From an uncultured Lachnospiraceae bacterium (lineage in GTDB: Bacteria; Bacillota; Clostridia; Lachnospirales; Lachnospiraceae), in the NCBI GenBank assembly GCA_947626415.1, contig CANQSA010000011.1, forward strand, positions 11,100 through 75,099: a stretch of DNA of 64,000 bases, written 5' to 3'. This document shows, one piece after another, positions 8,914-21,200 of the stretch (its first letter is position 1; every line of letters starts with the position of its first letter). Both the position numbers and the translations under genes were made by a program. The notes below the pieces were generated by a model. That model ran no database searches, was not told the origin of the DNA, and was given only the letters and a program-made list of their open reading frames with translations.

Positions 8914-9897
8914 TTATGCAACCACTTCATTTTTCAATTCTTCCCCCTGCTCAACGGCGCGGGCATTCTCCAGGGTAACCTGGGTAATAGCGTCCATCGC
9001 TTCTTCCGTAAAATAGCCCTGGTGCGAGGTTACCAGTACGTTGGGGAATGTCATCAGTCTCGCGAGGTTCGGATCCGTGATAATATCGTTGGAACGGTCT
9101 TCATAGAAAACGCCTTCCTCCTCTTCATACACGTCTAACGCCACTCCGCCGATCCGCTTGGGGATCAGCAGCATATCGATCAGATCCGTGGTCCTGATCA
9201 GTTCGCCGCGGGACGTATTCACCAGATAAACGCCCTGTTTCATCATTTCCAGGCTGTGGGAATTGATCAGATACTTGGTTTCTGTCGTCAGCGGACAGTG
9301 CAGGGAAATAAAATCGGAATTTTTAAACAGGGTTTCCAGATCCACATATTCCACCGGCAGTTCTTCATTGGGATACAGATCGTACGCCAGGATTTTCATG
9401 TCAAATCCCTTGCAAATGTGGATCATTGCCTGTCCGATCTTGCCGGTTCCCACAATTCCCATGGTTTTATTGTGAAAATTCCGTCCCATCAGTCCCTGAA
9501 TGCTCATATTGAAATCCCGGGTCCGGCTGTACGCCCGGTGGAGTTTCCGGGAAATACAAAGAAGCTGCGCCATGGCGAATTCCGCAACTGCCTCCGGGGA
9601 ATAACTGGGCACACGCAGTACCGGAATCCGCCCCTTCGCAGCTTCCAGGTCTACATTATTATATCCCGCGCAACGCAGTAAGATCCCTTTCACTCCATAT
9701 TCCGCCAGCCTGTCGATAACGGTCCGATTCACTTCATCATTGACAAATACGCAAACCAGATCGCTGTCCTTTGCCAGCCTTACCGTATCCGGACGCAATC
9801 TTGTCTTATAAAACTTCATTTCATATCCATACTGCTCCGCTTTCGGCTCAAACCATTCCTGATCATATACTTTGGAATCAAAAAAAGAAATCTTCAT
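8914..9897 (-). CDS. ldhA: D-lactate dehydrogenase / D-2-hydroxyacid dehydrogenase
   Basis: 327 aa with NAD-binding GIVGTGKIGQ and the catalytic-domain pattern of the D-isomer-specific 2-hydroxyacid dehydrogenase family. Confidence 0.8.
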   Translation of the reverse strand: MKISFFDSKVYDQEWFEPKAEQYGYEMKFYKTRLRPDTVRLAKDSDLVCVFVNDEVNRTVIDRLAEYGVKGILLRCAGYNNVDLEAAKGRIPVLRVPSYSPEAVAEFAMAQLLCISRKLHRAYSRTRDFNMSIQGLMGRNFHNKTMGIVGTGKIGQAMIHICKGFDMKILAYDLYPNEELPVEYVDLETLFKNSDFISLHCPLTTETKYLINSHSLEMMKQGVYLVNTSRGELIRTTDLIDMLLIPKRIGGVALDVYEEEEGVFYEDRSNDIITDPNLARLMTFPNVLVTSHQGYFTEEAMDAITQVTLENARAVEQGEELKNEVVA

Positions 9898-9949
9898 AGC
9901 GCACCTCCATATTGACAGTGTACCCTACGAAGATTTTTTTATACGGGAT

Positions 9950-10597
9950 TTATGTTCCATATTTTTCCGCGGCCGCGTCTTCGATCCGGTCGCACCGCAC
10001 GGTAACACGGGCGTTTCCGGCGTAATTACAGGTAAACAGGCTCAGATCATATTCCGAATCAACCATATCGCCTACCGCAGTCGGCTCTAAGGTTTCCACC
10101 GTCCTAACCTGATAAGTAACCGCATTTCTCATTACGTCCACAAAGATCACTTTATCGCCCGTCTGCAGATCCTCGATATTCCGAAAATGCGTTCTGTAAT
10201 TATGCCCGCAGATCACCAGATCGTCCCGATATATTGAGCCGGAATAGCGGCACGGAGAAATCTTCATCTGATCGTAATCCCAGTCCTGCGAGACAGGCAG
10301 CTCCAGTCCGATCGCCGGTATGACGAGGGAACCGATATAGGCCTTGCCGTCTATGAGGATTGTCGGCATCGGGGCATCGGGAGAAATCGTTTCCTCCTCT
10401 GTAACGCCTGTCGGACGTTCTGAGGATTCCGTATATTTATCACGTTCAGCGTCTAATTGCTGTAAAACTGACAGCGCCGACTCCGCCGCAAGGGAATCCT
10501 CGTACAGATTGTAAGCCGTCAGTCCGAACGCCGCACCCATTAAAATGGCTCCTGACAGCATCAGCGCGATTCGTCTACTCTTTTTCATTATCTTCAC
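9950..10597 (-). CDS. Sortase-family transpeptidase (second sortase of the pilus locus, class undetermined)
   Basis: N-terminal TM anchor, His in LVICGHNY, Cys in LSLFTCNY, downstream Arg (ARVTVRC). Confidence 0.8.
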   Translation of the reverse strand: MKIMKKSRRIALMLSGAILMGAAFGLTAYNLYEDSLAAESALSVLQQLDAERDKYTESSERPTGVTEEETISPDAPMPTILIDGKAYIGSLVIPAIGLELPVSQDWDYDQMKISPCRYSGSIYRDDLVICGHNYRTHFRNIEDLQTGDKVIFVDVMRNAVTYQVRTVETLEPTAVGDMVDSEYDLSLFTCNYAGNARVTVRCDRIEDAAAEKYGT

Positions 10598-11561
10598 TCA
10601 ATCGGCCGGCAATGAATCCCGTAAAGAACAGGAATGCGCCTACCACGAAAAGTATCAGCACAGGATACCATAACTGCCCTGTCTGCGGAAGCTTCGGCGG
10701 ATTTGTACCGCCGGACGCCGGCGGGTTTTGAGCCGCAGTGGTTTCCGTTGTGGAAGGCGTATCGGTCGTATCCGGTTTCGTTGTTTCGGTTGAGCCGGAA
10801 GGTTTTACCGCCTTATTCTCAATCGTAAATGTGGTTTCTTCCAATATAATGGAAACCGTATAATTCACGGGGATATCTTTTTCGATCACATTCCAGTCAT
10901 AATCGGAAGATAAATCCTCCCATCTGTGAGACCAGTCATTTTCAGCAGATAACGTTACTTCATCAAATATCTCGTCATTTCGGAGTAACTGCACCGTAAC
11001 CGACTTCGGACGTTCTGTCCCTTCCTGATCCACCCATACTTTTCTGACCGTATAGGCAGTGCTGGCCGGACCTGTCGTTACCGTATATTTTGCAGTCGCT
11101 TCGATCAGATCCTCCGAACCTCCCACAACACGGATCAGCGCAGGCTTGGGCGTATAAATCAGATTTCCAATCGTAGCGGAAGACCCTGTCACAAGATAAA
11201 TTCCTGAAGGAAGCTCCGTAAAATCCACATATCCCAGCCCATTGGTAAGACCGGTGGCAACAGGCGTTCCAATCCCGCTTGCCGCATAAGAATCCAGCGT
11301 ATTCGCAAGACGGCTGACATTTTCACTATCGTCCAGCTCGCCGACCTCAATGGGGAGCGCCGCGAAATCTCCGAGCAGGCCGCCGTCATTCGCCATGACA
11401 TGGTACAGCTTAAATGCCGCATCCGTCACCGCTCCGGATTCCGTGATAAATTTCATTCGCAGCGTGCGCGTCTGCGTATCGGCATACGAAACAATCCCGC
11501 CGCACAGCAGAGCAACGACCATTATAATAATTGTCAGACATTTTCTGGATTTATGCATCAT
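10575..11561 (-). CDS. LPXTG-anchored minor/basal pilin (Cna-B-like domains)
   Basis: Signal peptide, then a C-terminal LPQTG motif plus hydrophobic helix and charged tail. VTVQLLRNDE and WSHRWEDL resemble Cna-B domains. Confidence 0.75.
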   Translation of the reverse strand: MMHKSRKCLTIIIMVVALLCGGIVSYADTQTRTLRMKFITESGAVTDAAFKLYHVMANDGGLLGDFAALPIEVGELDDSENVSRLANTLDSYAASGIGTPVATGLTNGLGYVDFTELPSGIYLVTGSSATIGNLIYTPKPALIRVVGGSEDLIEATAKYTVTTGPASTAYTVRKVWVDQEGTERPKSVTVQLLRNDEIFDEVTLSAENDWSHRWEDLSSDYDWNVIEKDIPVNYTVSIILEETTFTIENKAVKPSGSTETTKPDTTDTPSTTETTAAQNPPASGGTNPPKLPQTGQLWYPVLILFVVGAFLFFTGFIAGRLSEDNEKE

Positions 11562-12387
11562 TTTTCACCTTCTTTTTTCGTGTACGGCGTGAAACAATCA
11601 ACACAGTGATAAGTACTGCCGGAATTTCACAGATAATAACAATCCACCCTGCCGAAATATATTTTGCACCGGATTGTATCATAAGCTCTTCTGCTGTTTC
11701 CTCCTTGCCCAGAAGTTCGCCATGGATCAGCAGCCGATGCGAATTAATCCCGTAAGGAGTACAGGTCACGAGTGTGCAGTAATTTTTCCCGCTCTCAATA
11801 CGCAAGTTCTGCACATCAGTCGGTTCAACAGTTTCAATTCCCCTGACGCGATAAACATAGGATTCGCTTAGGATAGAGATGGTAAACGTATCTCCCTCCT
11901 CCATTCTGTCAAGGTTTGTGAACAGCAGCGCAGATGGCAGCCCTCTGTGACCGGAAAGGACCGCATGCACATTTTCTCCCGCAATGGGGAAGGACGAGCC
12001 TTCAATATGGCCTGCGCCTTCCTGCAAAACCGCCTCACTTATGCCGTGATAGATCGGCAGCATAATATCTCCTTTCGGAATGCTGATATAACCGATAATC
12101 CCGTCTCGCGCAATATCGAGAATGGAATTATATTCTGTCAGCAGCTCATCCGGCAGATTCATCAGCATATACTGACTGGCAGCCAGCTTTTTGTTAAATG
12201 CCTCCGCCTGTTCCAGATAGGCGGAATAATCCGCGTCGGGAATCTTCTCTACCGAGGAAATATAATTAAAGATCGCTCTGCGCTGACGCTGCGCATTGAT
12301 GTAATCGCTGACGGACGGGTACAGCAGCAGGGACAGACCCATAACCAGCATTATAAACGCAACAAGTGATACAATTCGCTGTTTCAT
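11551..12387 (-). CDS. Class C (pilin-polymerising) sortase
   Basis: TLVTCTPYGINSHRLLIHG catalytic motif, HRG motif, N- and C-terminal TM segments. The start is placed at MKQRIVSL (SD AAGGAGAG) rather than the track start at 12429. Confidence 0.85.
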   Translation of the reverse strand: MKQRIVSLVAFIMLVMGLSLLLYPSVSDYINAQRQRRAIFNYISSVEKIPDADYSAYLEQAEAFNKKLAASQYMLMNLPDELLTEYNSILDIARDGIIGYISIPKGDIMLPIYHGISEAVLQEGAGHIEGSSFPIAGENVHAVLSGHRGLPSALLFTNLDRMEEGDTFTISILSESYVYRVRGIETVEPTDVQNLRIESGKNYCTLVTCTPYGINSHRLLIHGELLGKEETAEELMIQSGAKYISAGWIVIICEIPAVLITVLIVSRRTRKKKVKNDA

Positions 12388-12444
12388 ATGAGGCTCTCCT
12401 TGCTGCTGCAATGAGGGTTTCCCCCTCATCGCAGCAAAATAGGT

Positions 12445-14703
12445 TTATTTCGCGGTTTTTCTTCTCGACAGGAAGAACAGCGCTGCGGAGAGCGCGATTC
12501 CACCGCCGCCGAGAATGTAAAATAAATATCTGCCGATACCACCCGTGGACGGGAGATCGGTATACAGGAAGTTGGCTACGATCATTTCGGCGCTGCCATC
12601 GTTGTCAGGATTATCAGTTTTCGAATCAACAAGTTGTACAAATTCTTCATAACTGAATGATTCATTATCCTCTACTGTATTGCTAACTTCAGCACCTGAG
12701 AGCGTACCTGTATATTCGCCAAGCCGATCTGTAGCTGCTTCAAGTTTGATTGTAAACGGGTCAATCTTAGCGTAGTCTCCAGAAGTTGGCATCGCTGTCT
12801 CGACCATCGTATAAGTTACACCTGCATCAAGACCAGAAATATTCAGAGCACCGTTTGAGAGGGAGGCAATGTTATATTCATTTTTGCCTTTATATGTTGC
12901 GATGTCAAGCCATTCAGAATTAAATGTCCCTGTAACTGCATTACCGCCACCATCTACTATTTCTTCCCATGAAATAATAGCGTAGTAGCCATTATCTTTA
13001 AATGACTGTGGTAAATTTTCCATTGTAGTTGGGTTAGGACCTATTGGCCTGAATTGGGCAATTTCCCATTTATCACCAGTTGCCGGACGCACTAATGCGA
13101 ATTTTGCATCTCCTAATGCAGCCGCTGATTTATCTTTGTCATTTTTCAGGAATGAGGCCGCATCAACTTTTACAATGTCAAGGCCAAACACATATACAAC
13201 TGCTGCTTGCGTTGTAGTTTTTGCTGTATCATCATATGCTTGTGGATTGTTGGAATAAGTAAGCACTGCAGAGTTTTTATTTCCATTCATATCAGAAACA
13301 TTTCTAGGGCTTACAACTGCATTTTGATTTACTTTTGCCTTGTAAGTAATATAGATTTGTGAAGATTCATCGTCTTTTACCCCAAGCGTATATGTATCCG
13401 AACCTTCTTTTACCGCTATTTCTTTTAGGCAAGGAAAGTTAATTTCCAAAGTATTTGTACTTTCCTCATAACTTTCAGTATATCCATAAACACTTCCCTT
13501 GTGTGTATGTTCTACCTCTGTGATATCCTGCGGCGTAATTGTGATTTCCTTTGTCGGCAACCAGATGTTTTCTTGATTATATACGCCTTTTGCTTTTACT
13601 GTTACATATACATTAGAAACACCAGCCTCTTTTAATTCCAACGTCAAACCCTTACTCAAAGTATCGGTGAAAATATATTGATAACCAAGAGTGAAATTGT
13701 CATAGTTGCTAGGGAGTGTACCTGTCAGCTTGAATGTTACTACATCCCCGACACCTGCAACTTCTGTATTATATTCACCACCGTCTCTGACAATCTCTTT
13801 GTCAAGTGTAGGGACATCTGCTTTCAGTTCCTGTGTAATATTGTCTGCCACAAAAAGCATACGGGCAGAATACGCTTCATTTACTTTTTCTTCATCTGAA
13901 AGGTCAAGAATCATGTAATAACCAGCAGGGACTGATATTGTACATTGATTACTAATACTGTTCCAAGGGATACTGCCATAATACTGATTCACAAAACTCT
14001 CATTTGCATATGTCGCTGTTCCTGAACTGTCACTTTCAAAACCTCCGAGGATATCAGCGAAATCCTGAAGCCATTCTCTGTTGGCATGAGATGAATCTGC
14101 AATAACATCGGCAACTGCCACAGCAAGTTTGTCAAAGTTTACCTTCGTCAAAGTGCCGCTAACATTACCATATTCATCTACATCTATCTCCTCTCCACCA
14201 TCCGTATAATCAGTATTAAGTATTTTTTTCCCGTCTTTTTCTTTTACAAAATCGTCAAATCCATCGAAATTATCAAAAGCATAGTTGTACTCACCACCAG
14301 CATCATTAGCTTTGGCAAGGGCAAATACAAATTTTATAATATTTTTTTGCCAAGCTTCTTCGCCCGTTGTCCCAAATGCATTACCCCATTTGATATCCGT
14401 GATAGGAATTGGTTCGTTCCTATTCCCGGGATTATCATCATATGTATCCCCTTTGACCGTACCAGAAAAGATCTGATATGCACCATACTTTGCCTCTTCA
14501 TCAACTACAGCATTATCATGCGGGTCAGTCAAGGTAATGGTATACTTATCCAGACCATCATATTGTTTATCTTGATTCAAATTAGTATCGCCACTATGAT
14601 GCTTATACCCACTAGCCGATGTCGCAAACGCCGGTACTGCTGAAGTGACAAGCAGAACAACGGAGACTGCTATGCTGAAAAATTTACGCATAAATTTTTT
14701 CAT
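12445..14703 (-). CDS. LPXTG-anchored major pilin (isopeptide-forming fimbrial subunit)
   Basis: Signal peptide ending AFATSA, E-box-like YTMVETAMPTSGDY, and C-terminal LPSTGG plus TM plus RRKTAK. Confidence 0.8.
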   Translation of the reverse strand: MKKFMRKFFSIAVSVVLLVTSAVPAFATSASGYKHHSGDTNLNQDKQYDGLDKYTITLTDPHDNAVVDEEAKYGAYQIFSGTVKGDTYDDNPGNRNEPIPITDIKWGNAFGTTGEEAWQKNIIKFVFALAKANDAGGEYNYAFDNFDGFDDFVKEKDGKKILNTDYTDGGEEIDVDEYGNVSGTLTKVNFDKLAVAVADVIADSSHANREWLQDFADILGGFESDSSGTATYANESFVNQYYGSIPWNSISNQCTISVPAGYYMILDLSDEEKVNEAYSARMLFVADNITQELKADVPTLDKEIVRDGGEYNTEVAGVGDVVTFKLTGTLPSNYDNFTLGYQYIFTDTLSKGLTLELKEAGVSNVYVTVKAKGVYNQENIWLPTKEITITPQDITEVEHTHKGSVYGYTESYEESTNTLEINFPCLKEIAVKEGSDTYTLGVKDDESSQIYITYKAKVNQNAVVSPRNVSDMNGNKNSAVLTYSNNPQAYDDTAKTTTQAAVVYVFGLDIVKVDAASFLKNDKDKSAAALGDAKFALVRPATGDKWEIAQFRPIGPNPTTMENLPQSFKDNGYYAIISWEEIVDGGGNAVTGTFNSEWLDIATYKGKNEYNIASLSNGALNISGLDAGVTYTMVETAMPTSGDYAKIDPFTIKLEAATDRLGEYTGTLSGAEVSNTVEDNESFSYEEFVQLVDSKTDNPDNDGSAEMIVANFLYTDLPSTGGIGRYLFYILGGGGIALSAALFFLSRRKTAK

Positions 14704-14741
14704 TCAAATCATTCCTTTCTTCTTAACTTTTGTCTCTATGC

Positions 14742-15284
14742 TTAATCTGGTATTTCCGGAGTTGGCAGAATACGCAGCAGCAGCTTTCCCTCAACTTGAT
14801 CGCTATCTATGTAACCAACCACAGTATTCCGTGAATCAATGGACGTTCGCCTGTTGTCGCCCATCACGAAATAGCTGCCTTCCGGTACAGTAACGGGATA
14901 TTCTACCGTGCTGTTGCCAAGACTGACGCCATTCAGGTATGGCTCGGCAAGTTCCGTGCCGTTCACATAGACAACGCCGTTTTCGTCGATACGGATTTCG
15001 TCGCCGCCTGTGCCGATCACGCGCTTGCAAAAAATCCTGCCATTCATTGAAAATACGCAAATATCGCCCCTTTCAAGTGTTGCGGTTTTCCGAGTGATCA
15101 CGATGTCTCCGTCAAACAGAGTCGGACTCATGGAATCCCCGTAAATGCGTACTACAGGAAATACACAGATCACAAGCAGGGTGACGGTTATTGCGGTGAC
15201 CGCCGCACTCACTGCCGCCGCTGCAAGGATCTTAAATAGCCTTTTCTTACGATTACGTTTCTTTTCTTTCCCCATAGGCATCAC
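14742..15284 (-). CDS. Signal peptidase I embedded in the pilus operon (SipA/LepA-like position)
   Basis: GDSMSPTL (catalytic Ser box) and CKRVIGTGGDE (Lys box) are both present, as is GDNRRTSIDSR. The start overlaps the stop of the upstream adhesin gene. Confidence 0.85.
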   Translation of the reverse strand: MMPMGKEKKRNRKKRLFKILAAAAVSAAVTAITVTLLVICVFPVVRIYGDSMSPTLFDGDIVITRKTATLERGDICVFSMNGRIFCKRVIGTGGDEIRIDENGVVYVNGTELAEPYLNGVSLGNSTVEYPVTVPEGSYFVMGDNRRTSIDSRNTVVGYIDSDQVEGKLLLRILPTPEIPD

Positions 15285-18200
15285 CCGTCCGGTCCGTCAC
15301 GGCTCAGGCGCTTTTTGCAGAGTAGCTGTTTTCTATATTTAAGATATTGCATTGCGATAGCCAGAATCCCCGCAATCATCAGCATCAAGCCAAGGAAAAG
15401 ACGCCCGTTAATGCCAAATCCGCCCGTTGTCGGCAGTTCCTTTATGAGTCCATTCACAAACAAACGGTATTGAACCGCATTTTTGCTGGTAATGGTGTCG
15501 CCGATAGGGTCGCCGCTCGTAAGCAGATTTGGTCCATCATCTGAATCATGATCTCTCACGTACAGGAGCATATATTTGTCCGTATTGGTTTCGGTAATTT
15601 GATACTGCGTATCTGCCGGAATATCGCTGAATTCAACCTTTTCACCATCCTTCAGCGTGAAGCTGTAGGTCCATTTATTAGTCTCTTTTTTAGGATCGAT
15701 GCTTTTCGTACCGCCCTTAACTGCCTTTATAATTTGGTCTGTATCATTTTTATAAGTAAACACGACCTCAAACCCAAATTCTGTCGTATCCGCTTCGCTG
15801 CTGCTGACAACCTTCTTGGCTACCGTAAGATTGCCGATGGCAACATTGGTAAAAGGAATCGTAACATTTGAATCCGTTGGTTCAGAAGGTTCCGCAGGAG
15901 CAGAACTGCTCACCCTGTGCGCATAGGTGGCGACAAGCTTATGGGTCGTTTCTGTACCGCCTGGAGTAATCTCCGGCTCCTGAATGGTTATAAACAAGTC
16001 AATGGCCGGTTCACGGCAGTACATATTTTCCAGATCTTCCGTTACCTCGGATATGGTAAATTTGTATTGTGTGCCTTCCGTCAGCGTACCGATATTGTTA
16101 ATTTCTACTTTGCCAAATGATTGTTTAATTATATCGCCAGTTGTAGAAACACTGTTAATTTTTACTGTATAAGAACCGTCCGATTCGTTTAGTTTCCCCG
16201 GCACTGTGATGGTTCCATTATCAATTGCATCCCGTGTTTTTAAATCCGGCTTGATCTTGAACGTAAATTGATCTTCTGCGGTCCATGCTCTCCCGATAAT
16301 CTGCTTAGAAATATCGAGATCAAATGCGGTGCTTTCGTAAGTGTTTGTAAATTGGAAAACCTCATCCTCGATCGTCTTGGAATCAGAACCCTCAATGGTC
16401 GGCTGAAGCGTACCGTCTCCGTTATCTTCAACTTCTACAATCACGTCATATGTGGCAAGTGAATTATTTTTTTCATCTTTTTCAGTAATTGTGAATTCGT
16501 ATGTTCCCGCCTTCGTGAATTTGATTGCATCAAACACTTTTGTGTAGTCATTAGTGATGTCATCGCTTGTAATGCTAAGTTCTTTGCTGTCTCCAGGCGC
16601 AAAGCTGCACCCGCCCACTTCATTCTCGCTATCAGCGGTTAGGGTAAATGTGAACTCATCAGTGGCAAGCCAATTCCTGCCGGCCAATACCTTTTGTATC
16701 TTTGGCACCCATGTATAGCTTGTGTGGTAGGTATTGGTGATCGTGATCGTGTGACTGCCTCCATTTACATCCTCATGCTTATCCCATCTTCTGACAAGGA
16801 GTTTGGCATCTTTCGGCTGTACAGTCTCGTGCGTTTCTGTGACATCTATTAATTTATTGTTTTTATCAACATAAAACCAGGCATACTTTCCACCATCAGA
16901 TGGCGTGCCAGGGACTTTCCATTGATCAAATTCCAGTACCTCTGCCCTTGTCTGACAAGTAGCTACACAATCTTCTTCCTTTAATTTGGTCACATCTGTC
17001 ACTGAATGATCAACATGATAGAGTTTCATGTCGATCTCATCAATAATGCCGTCTTCCTCTTCCTCTTCAAGACTTCCGACACTGACTTTTGCTTCTGCGT
17101 TTCTCAGAACGATCTGGAGATAATACACCGTATCATCATAGTCGATTCCCTTTGTCTCAGCCGGAATCGTCTCGGCAATTTTCAGCCAGTACGTGACAGG
17201 GATCGTCTGGGCGGAATATTGCCCAGGATTGCGGCCAATCTGTTCTTTCGGCGGTGTAGGATAATCTTCAGTGGAATTCCATACATTGTTCGGGTCTGTC
17301 GGATCTTCGCCATTTTTCACATACTGTACCGGAAAAATAATCCCGTTGAATGTAAATGAATCAAACTTCCACTCTGCATGACCTTCACTGCCACCAGTAA
17401 ATGTATGAACCCATTCATTTTTTGCACCCGCTTTACTCAGATCTCCAAACCCTGCGCCATTTATCACAAGATTTCCTTTTTTTATCGCATCCTGCGTTTC
17501 TGTGTCTACACCGGATACCGTAATCGTAAATTCATCTGTAGAAAGCCATTCATTTCCTTTTCTTCCCGTAAAATTCTTGACAATCTTGTAACTCGTATCC
17601 TGCTTTGCCGGGGCAGGCGCATACCGGTTGGTAAACAGCGGACTGCTTCCGGCGTAGATCTGTGTAACGCCATCTGCATCCTCTGTATAAGTAATAGAAG
17701 AAACTTCTGCTACAAGGTGGGAATTATCCTCCATTAAATCTGTTACTGCTGTTCCGGTTGCATCTGGCACACGGGTCACACTGAGGATAACCGTATATTC
17801 ATAGTCAGATTTTATCAAAGTATCATCATCTGTAATGTCATTTTCATAAATGGTAAAGGTATAGACACCTGCCATAGGGAATGTCACACCACAGAAAGAA
17901 GCGTATGTATTCGTTTTCGTACGGTCAAATTCACTGCCGTCTACCAGAAGCTGATCGGACATTTTCCGGTCGGCATAAGTAAATGTATTTGTTTTTCCTT
18001 CTACATGAGTGTCCTTTGCGGAATAGCTGTAATAAGGGTTAGAATTCCCCACTTCGACTATATTCTTTTTATCTGCCGAATTTTCTTTGAATTCGTCTGC
18101 GAACGCAGTAGCTAACACAAGAGGTGTCTCTCCCGCGTTACTAATGATTGCTTGTTCTGCTGCGTCAACTCTGATGCCGACTGCTGTACTCAATTCTGTT

Positions 18201-21200
18201 GAAGTACTGCTGTCGTATGCATTTAATACCTTAAACGAAAACCGGTCATTCTCTTGCCATGCTCTGCCCTCGATTCGTTTGAGAATATAGAAATTGGTAT
18301 CAGCAGGCGCGTTACCGACATCAACCTTTACATAATTATTAGTATCAAATTTGTATATCCCTTCTGCGGCATTAACCTCTTCTGATGAATCTTTAGCGTA
18401 TACAACATAAAACGGATTCAGGATACGGAAACCGGCAGGCGCGAACACTTCACGAATGAAATAACTCTTAGTCGGGTCAAGTCCGGGGAATGCGATACGT
18501 CCGTTAGATCTCGTGGTTGCAGAACCAACCTGGCAGTCTTTTAATGTTTTTGTAGCCGCCTGATCGCCTTTTTCCGCTTCTGTTACCAGGTTTTTCATCT
18601 CGTCTACGGTTTTTCCAGTCAGATCATAAACACGAAATGTAGCGCCCTGCAAAGCATTGCTTTCTACATTTGTGCCCTGATACTTGAAGATTTCAATCGT
18701 GCCGGGTGCTTTTGCATTAGTAATGGTAATGGTTGTCCTGTCCGAGCTGATATTTCTGTCAAGGACAGCTTTATAAAGGGCCGCATTTTCAGCAAGCGCA
18801 CTGCCCCAATTAATATTTTTTAGAACAGACAGGTCAGGAATATTGGAGAAGTTCTTCACCGTGCCGCCCAGTTCGGAAAGCTCTGCCCGGTATGTTGTCC
18901 CGACAAAGCTGCCATATTTTCCGTTTTCATAAGCAAATGTATGCCTATAGATATTATCACCGTCAATATAATACTCCGCCGCGACATAATAATCTTCAAC
19001 CGGACTGCCGTCAAATGTCTTAGAGAGATATTCGTTCTCATATTGCCATGATGTGATCGCCGATATTACATGGTAAGCATATACTTTATCGCCGCCGGTC
19101 GTATTGCAGTGTACCTCGTACGCGACTGCTGTCGGGTGAGTTTCCGTTGTATCCCATGTCTTTTTCAGCACAAGCGACTGTGACATTATCTCATAATTAT
19201 AACCGACATCGACCGCACAGACGGCGTTGGTTGTGTTTGGAACAGACGGATCATGGCCCATAACTGTCGGATCGACTTGACCAACTTGCTTGCCAACTAT
19301 AATGCGCTGCACTTCTGTCCCTTTATATGTTGTTCCATAACTCTTATTCGCATAGTAGCCATACGCTACTGAATCTCTGGTAAGAGACTCAGCCGTTATC
19401 CCTTGACTCGTCAGCGTATAACGTTCATCCGGCTTTATCACCTGATATAAGTATTCCGTTCCCGCTGTGGGATCATATTCCAGTCCCGTGAATTTATACA
19501 TTCCCTCGCCTGTAGTCAGACCTGTGTCAACAAGTTCATATTTATTGGAAGCGCTTGCAAAAGTGTTTGAATCAAGCAAAGTTACCGTACCATCATCCGA
19601 ATTATAAGTAACATATGTTTTTTTTGCATCATATGAAGTACTCGTTGTTTTCTTGTATAAATTCAGCGTAACATCTTTCAGTGGGTAGTCCCCATCCGCA
19701 CTCATGTCGTTATATATACCATCCTTTTTTACATCAAAGAAAACACGACCTGTGAGATTGAACGAATGCTCAGGACGCGGTCCAATTGTTATACCATCTA
19801 TATCGATGGATGCCCGAGCCGGTTTTGCGGGAATAAATGTCCAGAAATTAGCGATCGCATAATCCGTAGTAGAAGGAGTTGTAGTCGACTTGCCCACAGG
19901 ATTATCTAAACTGCTCAGATAGCTGATCATATTTTTCTGATCTTCCGTCGGTTTAGTTATCAGATTGCCGTTTTTGTCAAAATATTCAATAACATTTGTG
20001 GTGTGACTGTGATCGCCTATTCTGATATTCGGATGATCTTTAATGTATTGTGTATTCCGTGCGGCCTGTTCACCGCCGCCAGGGCCCATATTCTTATATT
20101 GGAAATACTGTCCTCCATTTCCATCATCCGTATTAAACTTATTTTTTGCCACATCTACATTTGCTTCTGAATGTCCGGTAGATGCGGCAGGTTCGCCGTA
20201 GTAGATGGCTGTTTCATCATAATAGATAACGTTTTTTGTCAGCTCATAAATGGAACCCTCCGTATCTTGCTGTTCTCCGTTTTTATCATAGATATGACTC
20301 AATCTGGTGAAAGTGATACCACCGGGCGCATTCTCCATATCAATGATAGGAAAATGGATCTCGCCGGCTTTCGTAGTAACAGTAAAGGTAAAATCATTTA
20401 TTGTATACTTGTTACTCGGTATAACAGTTCCATTGCCATCTTTACCGTTCCAGTAAAAATAATTAGTTGAATGTGGCGTAACCGCTCCCGATATTTCCAC
20501 CGGGGCATATTTTTGATTGCCTTCTCCTTCAAATTCAAGGCGCAAGGTCGCTGTCGTCGCTTCTTCTACATCGAAGGAAAAATATCCGCCCTCCCCCTCA
20601 TAAGCACCGGGAATATTATTTCCCTCGGTGTCTTTGATCGTACTTACAAAGCGCAGATTGGTTGCGGGATCCGGCTGGACCGCTTTCTCATATAATTCTC
20701 CCTCCAGCTGATCATTCGGATATTCCAGAAAAATATAATAGCTTTTCAACATTTCTGTATCCTTTGTACCGGGATATTTATACGCTGCGCCCATTTCATC
20801 AAAGGTGTTTTGATTGTTGATATCCTTCACCGAGGTGTAGATGATCTCACCTGTTGCGGAATCATAAATACCTTTATTATTCGTAAAGAAATTATAGGTA
20901 TATGGTTTCACATTGTTAAATTTCATTTTATAAATATAGCTGTCCGTTGTTAAAATATAGTAGGTGTCTACTACACCGGTAGCGGCAGGATGCATTTGTA
21001 AAGATAGAAAATCCGCATATGTGCGGCCATGTTGTTCCGTTCCGCTTTCGTCAAATACCGTTAAATTTAATGCGGCAATTTCTCCACCATAATTTATCTT
21101 TGGATTATGAAAAGGTTCCGATCTTTTTCTGTAATTTGCTTCATCGTTTACCGTATTGCTTTTATTATAAGAATGAAACTCAAAAGTATATACGCCTGTT